This document shows positions 9,531 to 17,682 of a DNA stretch of 20,355 bases, piece after piece. Source of the stretch: Arcobacter sp. (lineage in GTDB: Bacteria; Campylobacterota; Campylobacteria; Campylobacterales; Arcobacteraceae); the NCBI GenBank assembly GCA_965662175.1, contig CBFIGT010000034.1, positions 1-20,355 on the forward strand. Reading direction: 5' to 3'. The position numbers were made by a program, and so were the translations under genes. How positions within the stretch are numbered: the stretch's first letter is position 1; the number at the start of each line of letters is the position of its first letter. Under the pieces are notes generated by a model that was given only the letters and a program-made list of their open reading frames with translations, was not told the DNA's origin and ran no database searches.

Positions 9531-9661
9531 TTAAAACCCTATATTATAATACTTATAAGCATTTTTCATAATACTTTATTTATAACTATTTCTTATACTA
9601 TTTTAGCTAGTTTTAATATATTCTTCTATACTATTTTTAATATTACTAAAAGGGGAAGTTT

Positions 9662-10180
9662 ATGAAATTTAAAATAATGTTAGCTGGTCTTGTATTTGCA
9701 GCTACTAGTATGATGGCAAATGAGTTTGTTGATTATAAAACTTTAACAAAACAGTTAAAGGCTGAGGCTAAAAAAAATGGTACTTATGCAAGTGAGGCAG
9801 AAGTTAAAGCAGCTTTAGCATCAAAAGATTGGTTAGTAGCTGATGTTAGAACAATGGAAGAGTGGGCGGCTGCTCATATTAAAGGTACAGTTAGAATTGG
9901 GCGACAAGCTCCTGAAAATGGTTTAGCACTTCATGCTTTAGATGAAGATGATAATTTTATCAAACAAAATCTAATTGTTATATGTAATAGTGCTGCTAGA
10001 GCATCTATTGAAGCTGAGACATTTAGAAAGATGGGATTTAAAACTGTAAAGATTTATGATTTATATTCATGGATTGATGCTTGTAATCCTGTAGTTACAA
10101 ACTATTCAGTTAAAAAACATAAATCAGGAACTGGACTAAAATTTGGTTCATTTTATGCTGAGCATTGTTATAAAAAATAG
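9662..10180 (+). CDS. Secreted single-domain rhodanese/sulfurtransferase (Sud-like)
   Basis: Sec-type signal peptide, 'DVRTMEEWAAAHIKG', active-site loop CNSAAR, 'RKMGFK'. Confidence 0.85.
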   Translation: MKFKIMLAGLVFAATSMMANEFVDYKTLTKQLKAEAKKNGTYASEAEVKAALASKDWLVADVRTMEEWAAAHIKGTVRIGRQAPENGLALHALDEDDNFIKQNLIVICNSAARASIEAETFRKMGFKTVKIYDLYSWIDACNPVVTNYSVKKHKSGTGLKFGSFYAEHCYKK

Positions 10181-10197
10181 TTTCTATTTTTACTCAT

Positions 10198-10232
10198 AAA
10201 AAAAGGGGAGGTAAATTTTACCTCCCCTTTTT
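10198..10232. terminator. Bidirectional intrinsic terminator
   Basis: Near-palindrome AAAAAGGGGAGGTAAA-T-TTTACCTCCCCTTTTT between the convergent rhodanese and ALDH genes. Confidence 0.9.
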
Positions 10233-10248
10233 ATTTTATATACAAATA

Positions 10249-11643
10249 TTATAAAACAGGTGATTTAATAACCATCATTTTTTCATTTGTACACTCTTCC
10301 ATACTATGGTGAATTCCACCCATTCCAAGTCCAGAAGCTTTTGCACCACCAAATGGCATCCAATCAACTCTAAATGCAGTGTGATCATTTACCATAACAG
10401 CAGTACCATTTAATCTTTTAACAGCTCTAAGAGCTGTATCAATATTTTTTGTAAATACAGCAGCTTGGAAAGATACCTCTAAAGCATTTGCTCTATCAAA
10501 TGCTGATTCAATATCACTGTAAGAGTATATAATAACAACCGGTCCAAATACCTCTTTAGTAGATACTAAAGCATCATCAGCTGGATTTAAAATAACTGTT
10601 GGTTCAAAACATGAATCAGAGATTCTTTTTCCACCTGTTAAAATTCTTCCACCTTTGGTAACAGCTTCATTAACCCACTCTTCAACTCTATTAACTTCAT
10701 TATGATTAATAAGTGGTCCAACTTCAGTTTTAGGGTCTAATTGATCTCCCACAACTAATTTTGAAGCATAATCAGATAATCTTGAAGCTACTTCATCAAC
10801 AATTGATTCATGTACATATACTCTTTGAACAGATACACAAACTTGACCAGCATGGTAAAAACCACCCTTACCAATTGATGGAATTAAGTCATCAATATCA
10901 GCATCTGCTTCAACAATAACAGGTGCAACTCCACCATGCTCTAAAGCAACTCTAGTTCCATTTGCAACTTTAGAGTTTAAGTACCAACCAACAGCACCTG
11001 AACCAATAAATGTTAAAAAGTTAACTTTTGGAGAAGTTGCTAATAATTCACCACCATGTCTATCACAAACAACAGCTTGTGCCCAACCTTTTGGTAATCC
11101 AGCCTCTTCTAAAATCTCAACTAATCTAACAGCACTCATTGGAGTTTGAGTAGCTGGTTTTATTACAACAGGACATCCTGTTGCAATTGCTGGAATAACT
11201 TGGTGAACAGCTAAGTTAAATGGGTGGTTAAATGCTGAAATTGCAGCTACCACTCCAATTGGTTCTTTAAAAGTATAAGCCATTCTATTTGCACTTGAAG
11301 CTGTGTGACCCATAGCAATCTCTTTACCTTCTTGAGCACTTAATGCTTCAATAGCAAGTTTAACACCATTTATAGCTCTTTGAATCTCAACTTTAGAATC
11401 AACATAAGGTTTTCCACCCTCAGAAGCACAAAGAATTGTTAACTCTTCAACTTGTGAAGACATAATCTCTGCAACTTTTTCTAAAATTTCAACTCTTTTG
11501 TATTTTGGTAAAGCATTTTTATGATCTAAAAAAGTATCACTTGCTAAATCAATCGCAGCTTGAACTTCTTCAAAAGATGAAAAAGGAACAGTTCCTACTA
11601 CTTTACCATCAAAAGGTGATGTAACTTCTATCGTACTACTCAT
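10249..11643 (-). CDS. NAD(P)-dependent aldehyde dehydrogenase (ALDH21/RL0313-like; candidate succinic semialdehyde dehydrogenase)
   Basis: 'PIGVVAAISAFNHP', 'IKPATQTP', 'FIGS', catalytic 'LEHGG' and 'GQVCVS', 'EVFGPV', 'FRVDWMPFGG'. Confidence 0.9.
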   Translation of the reverse strand: MSSTIEVTSPFDGKVVGTVPFSSFEEVQAAIDLASDTFLDHKNALPKYKRVEILEKVAEIMSSQVEELTILCASEGGKPYVDSKVEIQRAINGVKLAIEALSAQEGKEIAMGHTASSANRMAYTFKEPIGVVAAISAFNHPFNLAVHQVIPAIATGCPVVIKPATQTPMSAVRLVEILEEAGLPKGWAQAVVCDRHGGELLATSPKVNFLTFIGSGAVGWYLNSKVANGTRVALEHGGVAPVIVEADADIDDLIPSIGKGGFYHAGQVCVSVQRVYVHESIVDEVASRLSDYASKLVVGDQLDPKTEVGPLINHNEVNRVEEWVNEAVTKGGRILTGGKRISDSCFEPTVILNPADDALVSTKEVFGPVVIIYSYSDIESAFDRANALEVSFQAAVFTKNIDTALRAVKRLNGTAVMVNDHTAFRVDWMPFGGAKASGLGMGGIHHSMEECTNEKMMVIKSPVL

Positions 11644-13303
11644 TATCTTCTCCCTCTAATAATGTTTCAGCATTTTTTACAAGGTCATTTAAAATAGCGT
11701 GATTTAATGAATAATCAACAGCTAAATCAATTAAATGTACACCTTTACCGTTAACACATTTTTCTAATGTTTCTGTAAACTCTTCACAAGATGTTGGTCT
11801 ATGACCTGTTGCACCATAAGATTCAGCATATTTAACGAAATCAGGGTTATTATAATCAAGTCCAAATGTATCGAATCCCATACCTGTTTGTTTCCATTTA
11901 ATCATTCCAAATGCATTGTCATTTAAAATAATAACAGTTAAATCAAGTCCTAATCTAACAGCTGTTTCCATCTCTTGTGAGTTCATCATAAATCCACCAT
12001 CACCACAAACAGTTACAACTTTTTTCTCAGGGTGTACCATTTTTGCAGCCATTGCTGATGGAAGTCCAGCTCCCATAGTAGCTAAGGCATTATCTAATAA
12101 TAGTGTATTAGGTCTAGCACATTTATAGTTTCTTGCGAACCAAATTTTATAAACACCATTATCTAATGTTAAAATATCTTCAGGCCCTAAAATATCTCTA
12201 ATAGTTTTTACAGCTCTTTGAGGTAAAATTGGGAATCTCATATCACCGAAATATTTAGTTAATCTTTTGTTAATAGTTTTAATAACTAATTTATAAAACT
12301 CAAAATCCCAATGTGCTTGTGGAGATAAAGCTCTATTTAAATCTTCAATAGTTCCAGCAATATCACCAACAACATCTAAGTGTGGGAAATAAGTTGGATC
12401 AACTTCTGATGGGAAAAAGTTTACATGGATAACTTTAGTAGCATCAGGACCCTCTTCCATAAAAAATGGTGGTTTTTCAATAACATCGTGACCAACATTA
12501 ATAATTAAATCAGATGTTTCAATTGCAGCGTGAATAAAGTCAGCTGATGATAATGCAGCTGTTCCAAGGTTTAGTTTATGATTACCATCAACAACACCTT
12601 TACCCATTTGAGTTGTGAAGAATGGAATTCCTGAATCATTAACGAAATCAGTTAGTGCATCACCAATTCTATTTCTATTTGCACCAGCACCAATTAGGAT
12701 AAGTGGTTTTTTTGCTTGTTCTATCATTCTAACAGCTTGTAAAATAGTAGTTTTATCAGCTCTTGGATATCTTACATGTTGTACAGGATATACATAATCA
12801 GTAGTTGATTGCTCTTCTGCAATATCTTCAGGTAATTCAATATGAACAGCACCTGGTCTTTCAATTGTTGCTAATTTAAAAGATTCTCTAACCATTGATG
12901 GAATGTTATTAGCATTTACAACTTGTTTAGCATATTTAGTCATTGGTTTCATCATACCAACGATATCAATAATTTGGAATCTACCTTGTTTAGATTTTTT
13001 GATTGGTTTTTGACCTGTAATCATCATCATTGGCATACCACCAAGTTGTGCATAAGCAGCACTTGTAGCAAAGTTAGTAGCACCAGGCCCAAGAGTAGAA
13101 ATACAAACTCCAACTTTACCTGTTAATCTTCCATATGTTGCAGCCATAAAACCTGCACCTTGTTCATGTCTAGTTAAAATTAATTTAATGTTTGATGTTC
13201 TTAGTGCCTCTAAAAAGTCTAAGTTCTCTTCACCAGGGATTCCAAATATATACTCAACGCCTTCGTTTTCTAGCGCTTTAACAAATAAGTCAGATGCCTT
13301 CAT
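11636..13303 (-). CDS. ThDP-dependent enzyme of the acetolactate synthase large-subunit-like family (candidate 2-oxoacid/2-oxoglutarate decarboxylase)
   Basis: 'FGIPGEENL', 'RHEQGA', 'TLGPGATN', ThDP motif GDGGFMMN...ILNDN; overlaps the ALDH start by 8 nt. Confidence 0.9.
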   Translation of the reverse strand: MKASDLFVKALENEGVEYIFGIPGEENLDFLEALRTSNIKLILTRHEQGAGFMAATYGRLTGKVGVCISTLGPGATNFATSAAYAQLGGMPMMMITGQKPIKKSKQGRFQIIDIVGMMKPMTKYAKQVVNANNIPSMVRESFKLATIERPGAVHIELPEDIAEEQSTTDYVYPVQHVRYPRADKTTILQAVRMIEQAKKPLILIGAGANRNRIGDALTDFVNDSGIPFFTTQMGKGVVDGNHKLNLGTAALSSADFIHAAIETSDLIINVGHDVIEKPPFFMEEGPDATKVIHVNFFPSEVDPTYFPHLDVVGDIAGTIEDLNRALSPQAHWDFEFYKLVIKTINKRLTKYFGDMRFPILPQRAVKTIRDILGPEDILTLDNGVYKIWFARNYKCARPNTLLLDNALATMGAGLPSAMAAKMVHPEKKVVTVCGDGGFMMNSQEMETAVRLGLDLTVIILNDNAFGMIKWKQTGMGFDTFGLDYNNPDFVKYAESYGATGHRPTSCEEFTETLEKCVNGKGVHLIDLAVDYSLNHAILNDLVKNAETLLEGEDNE

Positions 13304-13591
13304 GTTTTTCCTTTTGTTATTGTTTAATTTTTATTTTGATAAGTTTCTCACAAATAAAGTTTAAAATATCTTAAAATTAAATTTTCCTTATATTGAATAT
13401 AAAAAAAATCATTTTAGTTCTATTATTACACACTTTTTTAAAAAACAAATATTATAGTAACATTAAATAAAATAACTAAATTTTATTTTCTATAAATATT
13501 AAGTTTTAAATCATTTGATATTTTAATACTTTATTCTTATTTTTTATTTAGTTTTATAATGTAAAATCTCAAAAAAAGTTTAGGAAATAAC

Positions 13592-14242
13592 ATGGCAAAA
13601 TCTTTAATATTTGACTTAGACGGAACGCTTATTAATTCACTATATGATATTGCTTTAAGTATGAATAAAGTTCTTAAAAAGCACAATTATCCAGTACATG
13701 AAATAGAAAGATATAACTATTTTGTGGGAGATGGAGCATTTATCTTAGTAAAAAATGCCCTTCCTGAAAATGTAAGTGAAGAGGAGATTACTAAGGTTTT
13801 AAAAAGTTTCATTGAAATATATGAACAAAATACTCACAATAACACAAAACCCTATGAAGGTATTTATGAGATGTTAAATGAACTTGAGAATATGAAAATA
13901 AAAAAAGCTGTTCTTTCAAATAAACCACATAAATTCACTTTAAAATATGTTGAAAATCTTTTTAATAATTTCCAGTTTTTAGAAATTCATGGACAAAAAA
14001 CCAATATTCCTAAGAAACCAGACCCAAGTATGGCAATTGAAATTGCTACAAAACTAAACACTTTATGTGAAGAAGTTGTTTTTGTAGGAGATACAGCTAC
14101 AGATATAAAAACAGCAAAAAATGCAAATATGAAGAGTATTGGTGTAGCTTGGGGGTTTAGACCTATTGAAGAGTTAAAAGATGCAGGAGCTGATTTTATT
14201 GCTTATACTCCAATGGATATAATAAAGTATATATCTAAGTAA
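13592..14242 (+). CDS. HAD-IA family hydrolase (phosphoglycolate phosphatase-like)
   Basis: DLDGTL motif I, 'VLSNK', 'KKPDP', 'VGDTATD' and 'GVAWGF'. Confidence 0.9.
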   Translation: MAKSLIFDLDGTLINSLYDIALSMNKVLKKHNYPVHEIERYNYFVGDGAFILVKNALPENVSEEEITKVLKSFIEIYEQNTHNNTKPYEGIYEMLNELENMKIKKAVLSNKPHKFTLKYVENLFNNFQFLEIHGQKTNIPKKPDPSMAIEIATKLNTLCEEVVFVGDTATDIKTAKNANMKSIGVAWGFRPIEELKDAGADFIAYTPMDIIKYISK

Positions 14243-14247
14243 ATAAG

Positions 14248-14279
14248 AAAAAACCTCAATATTACTATTGAGGTTTTTT
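14248..14279. terminator. Bidirectional terminator-like hairpin overlapping the 3' end of the DUF4405 gene
   Basis: 14-bp inverted repeat AAAAAACCTCAATA-TTAC-TATTGAGGTTTTTT between convergent genes. Confidence 0.75.
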
Positions 14280-15080
14280 ATAGCCTAATTTTTCCATAAC
14301 AGACATAGGACTTAAATCATTTAGTTCACAAACTTCTTTAAAACCATCATTTTCATTTGATTCAATACCTATTTTTTTAAGTTCACTTATAAACTCATTC
14401 GTCTCCATTCCAATAGCTTGGGCAACTTCTGAAACTGTTTTTTTACCCAAACCTGAAACTGCTAAAACTTTTACACCTTTTTTCTCAAAGTTTTTTCTAA
14501 GAGTAGTGTAAATAAATTGGGGACTAACTCCATTCTCTTTTGCTATTTGAGATAAAGATTTTTCTTCAGTAAAAGAGATATTGTTTGAAGCTAATATTTT
14601 TTTACCCTCTTCTAAATCATATCCCATTTTATTAAGAAAACTTTTTAAAGATGCTAATTCAGCGTGTGAATAAGGAGCTGTTCCATACTCTTTTTCCCAT
14701 GAATCTTTAATATCACTACCAAAATCTAAAAAATTAGAGAATGGAGATATTGAATAAATAGTACCAATCAAAAAAACAAAGGTAATAAGTGAAGCAACAA
14801 TCATATCTTTAGTAAAAAATATCATCTCTTTTGCACTATTTTTTAAATAACTAGTCAAAGGTTTCCAGTTATAAAAAATATGTAATATTGTTGCTAATAT
14901 AAATAAAACCATAAAAGTTGAGTGAATATCTCCATACAACTCTTTTGTTATACCAAATACTTCCCAATTTGCCCAGTGGGCAACTCTTCCTGGAGGTGCT
15001 ATAAAAAGCATTATTCCAGAGAATGTCATAATAATCATCACTAAAAGCATAGTTAGTGATGTGATTTTTTTTAGATTCAT
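14265..15080 (-). CDS. DUF4405 domain membrane protein (predicted heme b-binding) with a repeated C-terminal helical domain
   Basis: 'SGIMLFIAPPGRVAHW..W..FGITK..Y.DIH' and 'LHIFYNWK' with two candidate His ligands; 'PYSHAEL'. Confidence 0.8.
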   Translation of the reverse strand: MNLKKITSLTMLLVMIIMTFSGIMLFIAPPGRVAHWANWEVFGITKELYGDIHSTFMVLFILATILHIFYNWKPLTSYLKNSAKEMIFFTKDMIVASLITFVFLIGTIYSISPFSNFLDFGSDIKDSWEKEYGTAPYSHAELASLKSFLNKMGYDLEEGKKILASNNISFTEEKSLSQIAKENGVSPQFIYTTLRKNFEKKGVKVLAVSGLGKKTVSEVAQAIGMETNEFISELKKIGIESNENDGFKEVCELNDLSPMSVMEKLGYKKPQ

Positions 15081-15100
15081 TTTGAATCCTTTTTCTTAGT

Positions 15101-15490
15101 TTATGAGTTTAATTCTACTTCAAAAAACTTTTCATCAATTTTTTTATACTCAGCAACAGAACAGGTGATTTTTAGTGCATTATCATAATCACTAAACTCT
15201 TTTAAAAATAGTTTTTGTAAATCACTTAAGTTTGCTGTTCTAAAAACAAAAAAACCTAAAATATCTTTTCCCCTTGAGCCTTGTTTTTCGATACCGTAAC
15301 TATCGAACTTCCATTCAACACCCTTTGAAAAAAGAAAAACTTCATCAAGCCTCTTTTGTAGTTCATCTCTTACAGTGTTATTATACTCTTTTAAATGAAC
15401 ATAAAATGCTACATTTACATTATATTTTTCTTGAGCTAATTTTTTTTCAAATTCTGTTTCTGCTTCTTGTACTAATTTTGTATTATCCAT
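15101..15490 (-). CDS. Hypothetical protein
   Basis: About 129-aa ORF with an AAGGA RBS 7 nt before ATG 15490 (alternative TTG at 15493); no recognised motif. Confidence 0.65.
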   Translation of the reverse strand: MDNTKLVQEAETEFEKKLAQEKYNVNVAFYVHLKEYNNTVRDELQKRLDEVFLFSKGVEWKFDSYGIEKQGSRGKDILGFFVFRTANLSDLQKLFLKEFSDYDNALKITCSVAEYKKIDEKFFEVELNS

Positions 15491-15531
15491 CAATAAATCC
15501 TTGTTAAAATATATAATAAGTAATTATAATA

Positions 15532-15540
15532 TGTTATACT
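15532..15540 (+). promoter_or_regulatory. Extended -10 promoter for cytochrome c/ABM
   Basis: TG-T-TATACT followed by an AAGGAG RBS and ATG 15568. Confidence 0.6.
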
Positions 15541-15567
15541 TTTTTTAATAATAAAAAAGGAGAAAAA

Positions 15568-15984
15568 ATGCTAAAAATAGTCACACTTTTAGTCTCATTA
15601 TTTAGTTTTGTTTTTTCAAATAATCTAACAAATCCACAAACAATTTATCTCAAAAAATGCCAAATGTGCCATGCTTTGGATTATCCCGATTCCATTGAGG
15701 AAAAAAATGCAAGTGCTGCACCTAATATCTTAACTGTAATGAAAAATATAAGTAAAGGTGTTGATGCTATTGAAGAGCCTAAAACAAAAGAGGAGTTAAA
15801 AACTTTAGTAGTTGAATTTATGAAAGATTACATATATAATCCAGCTCCATCTAAAAGTTATTGTGAAGATATAGTTTTTAAAAGATTTGATTATATGCCA
15901 TCATTAAAAGGGTTTATTTCACCAAAAGAGTTGGATATAGTTTTACCTTGGGTTTATGACAATTTTACCCCAAAAGAGGATTAA
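15568..15984 (+). CDS. Periplasmic monoheme c-type cytochrome
   Basis: Signal peptide, CQMCH heme motif, C-terminal 'FDYMPSLKG' with a candidate axial Met. Confidence 0.85.
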   Translation: MLKIVTLLVSLFSFVFSNNLTNPQTIYLKKCQMCHALDYPDSIEEKNASAAPNILTVMKNISKGVDAIEEPKTKEELKTLVVEFMKDYIYNPAPSKSYCEDIVFKRFDYMPSLKGFISPKELDIVLPWVYDNFTPKED

Positions 15985-15986
15985 TT

Positions 15987-16346
15987 ATGTATGCTGTCAT
16001 ATTTGAAGTTTGGCCAAACAGAAATGGCAAAAAAGAGTATTTGGATATTGCCTCAAATCTAAAACTATTTTTAACTGAACAAAAAGGTTTTATCTCAATA
16101 GAGAGATTTCAAAGTTTGAGTGATGAAAATAAACTTTTAAGTCTATCTTTTTGGGAAGATGAAGAGGCCATCGCTTTATGGAGAAATTTATTTGAACATA
16201 GAGTGGCTCAACAAAAAGGAAGAAAAGAGCTTTTTGATGATTATAGAATTAGAGTTTCTAAAGTTGTGCGAGATTATACCATGAATAAAAGAGAAGAAAT
16301 TCCAGAAGATTCAAAAAAGATTAATATCTCAAAAGAGAGATTTTAA
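15987..16346 (+). CDS. Antibiotic biosynthesis monooxygenase (ABM) family protein
   Basis: 'AVIFEV.P', 'GFISIERFQS', 'LSLSFWEDEEAI..WR...EH..AQ..GR' and 'YRIRV..V.RDY'. Confidence 0.88.
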   Translation: MYAVIFEVWPNRNGKKEYLDIASNLKLFLTEQKGFISIERFQSLSDENKLLSLSFWEDEEAIALWRNLFEHRVAQQKGRKELFDDYRIRVSKVVRDYTMNKREEIPEDSKKINISKERF

Positions 16347-16347
16347 T

Positions 16348-17625
16348 CTATTCAAAATAAACATCTTTTTTTATATTATTTGCCATTTTCCAATAATCAA
16401 CTTGAGCCTTACAACTATCTTTTCCAAGCCATTTTTTTACATAATTAGCACCATTATACATTTGTGATTGTTTTATAGGATCAAATATCCTATATGTTTT
16501 ATCATTTCCAACATGTGATTGATAGGCAAAATTTCCATAATTTGAAGCTGGATTAAAATCTATCAAATAACTTTCAAAAAAAGCAGCTCCAATTCTCCAA
16601 TCAAGCCCTAAATTTTTTACAAAATAGCTAGCTACTAATTGTCTATTTCGATTACTTAACCAACCTGTTGTCTTAAGTTCAACTATACTTGCATCAATAA
16701 CATCTACTTTTGTATTTCCATCTAAAAAGTTTTGAAGCTCTTTTTTATCATCTTTAAAATTAAAATCAATTCCTTTTAATCCTGATTTTAAAAACAGTTT
16801 ATTTCCACTATTTTTCATAACTAAATAAAAGAAATCTCTCCATAGCATCTCGAAATATATCCAATAAGAAGAGTCACTTTTTGTAGTTTGTTCTTCTTTT
16901 TCTTTTATTTTTTCATAAATTCGTCTTGGACTTATACATCCAATTGCTAAATATGGAGAAAATTTAGTTGAATTATCAAATCCACTCATTTCATTTCTTG
17001 TGGTTTTATACTCATGAATAAAATCCATATAATAATCAACTCTTTTTAAAGCTTCATATTCTCCACCTTTAAAAACTATTGCATTGGGATTTTTTATCTC
17101 TATTTTAGGAATATCTAAAGGAAGTGATTTATACTCAATATAGTTTTTAGAAGAGATATTGTTTATGGGTTTAAGAATTTCTAATTTCTCAGCTTTTTTA
17201 CGAAATCCCGTAAAACTTTTTGTGTAATCAAAATAAAAGGGTTCGATTAATGTTTGAGAGAAATATGACCGGTGTTGATACTTTTTTAATTTATCCTCAA
17301 ATATTTTCTCTTCTGTTCCAACCTCTTGGTCAAAATAAACAGTTATCTCATATTTTTTTGATAGTTCTTCTAAACTTGTTTCAAGATTATCTACAAAAGA
17401 GAGATTAATATTATATTTTAAAAGATTTTCTTGAAGATTTAGTAAAGACTCTTTTATGAACCTTTCCCTAAAAACTTCACATTTTTTAAAACCATAAATT
17501 TCACCCTCTAGGTTTTCCAAACTATAAAGACCTAATACCTCATCACTCTCATTACAAGCTTTATGCAAAGATATATTGTCGTCTATTCTAAGATTATTTC
17601 TAAATACTATTATTGATAATTTCAT
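16348..17625 (-). CDS. DASH-family cryptochrome/photolyase
   Basis: 'FRNNLRIDDN', 'FKGGE..AL.R', 'YKTTRN', 'STKFSPYLAIGCISPR', 'FEMLWRDFF', 'SNRNRQLVAS' and 'VGND'. Start at ATG 17625 preferred over TTG 17640. Confidence 0.92.
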   Translation of the reverse strand: MKLSIIVFRNNLRIDDNISLHKACNESDEVLGLYSLENLEGEIYGFKKCEVFRERFIKESLLNLQENLLKYNINLSFVDNLETSLEELSKKYEITVYFDQEVGTEEKIFEDKLKKYQHRSYFSQTLIEPFYFDYTKSFTGFRKKAEKLEILKPINNISSKNYIEYKSLPLDIPKIEIKNPNAIVFKGGEYEALKRVDYYMDFIHEYKTTRNEMSGFDNSTKFSPYLAIGCISPRRIYEKIKEKEEQTTKSDSSYWIYFEMLWRDFFYLVMKNSGNKLFLKSGLKGIDFNFKDDKKELQNFLDGNTKVDVIDASIVELKTTGWLSNRNRQLVASYFVKNLGLDWRIGAAFFESYLIDFNPASNYGNFAYQSHVGNDKTYRIFDPIKQSQMYNGANYVKKWLGKDSCKAQVDYWKMANNIKKDVYFE

Positions 17626-17682
17626 AACAAATATTAACAAGATAACTCATTTTTAATATGAATTTTTTGTTAGTTTATATTT

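Noticed and set aside
11916..13126. Three short plus-strand ORFs (11916, 12615, 12923)
   Set aside because: Antisense shadows of the ThDP-enzyme gene.
13304..13591. 288-bp AT-rich divergent gap as an sRNA/riboswitch host
   Set aside because: No GC-rich stems, TPP riboswitch motifs or convincing operator seen; consistent with two divergent promoters.
15274..15507. 77-aa plus-strand ORF
   Set aside because: Antisense to the RBS-supported 15101-15490 gene.
17220..17408. 62-aa plus-strand ORF
   Set aside because: Antisense to the cryptochrome gene.
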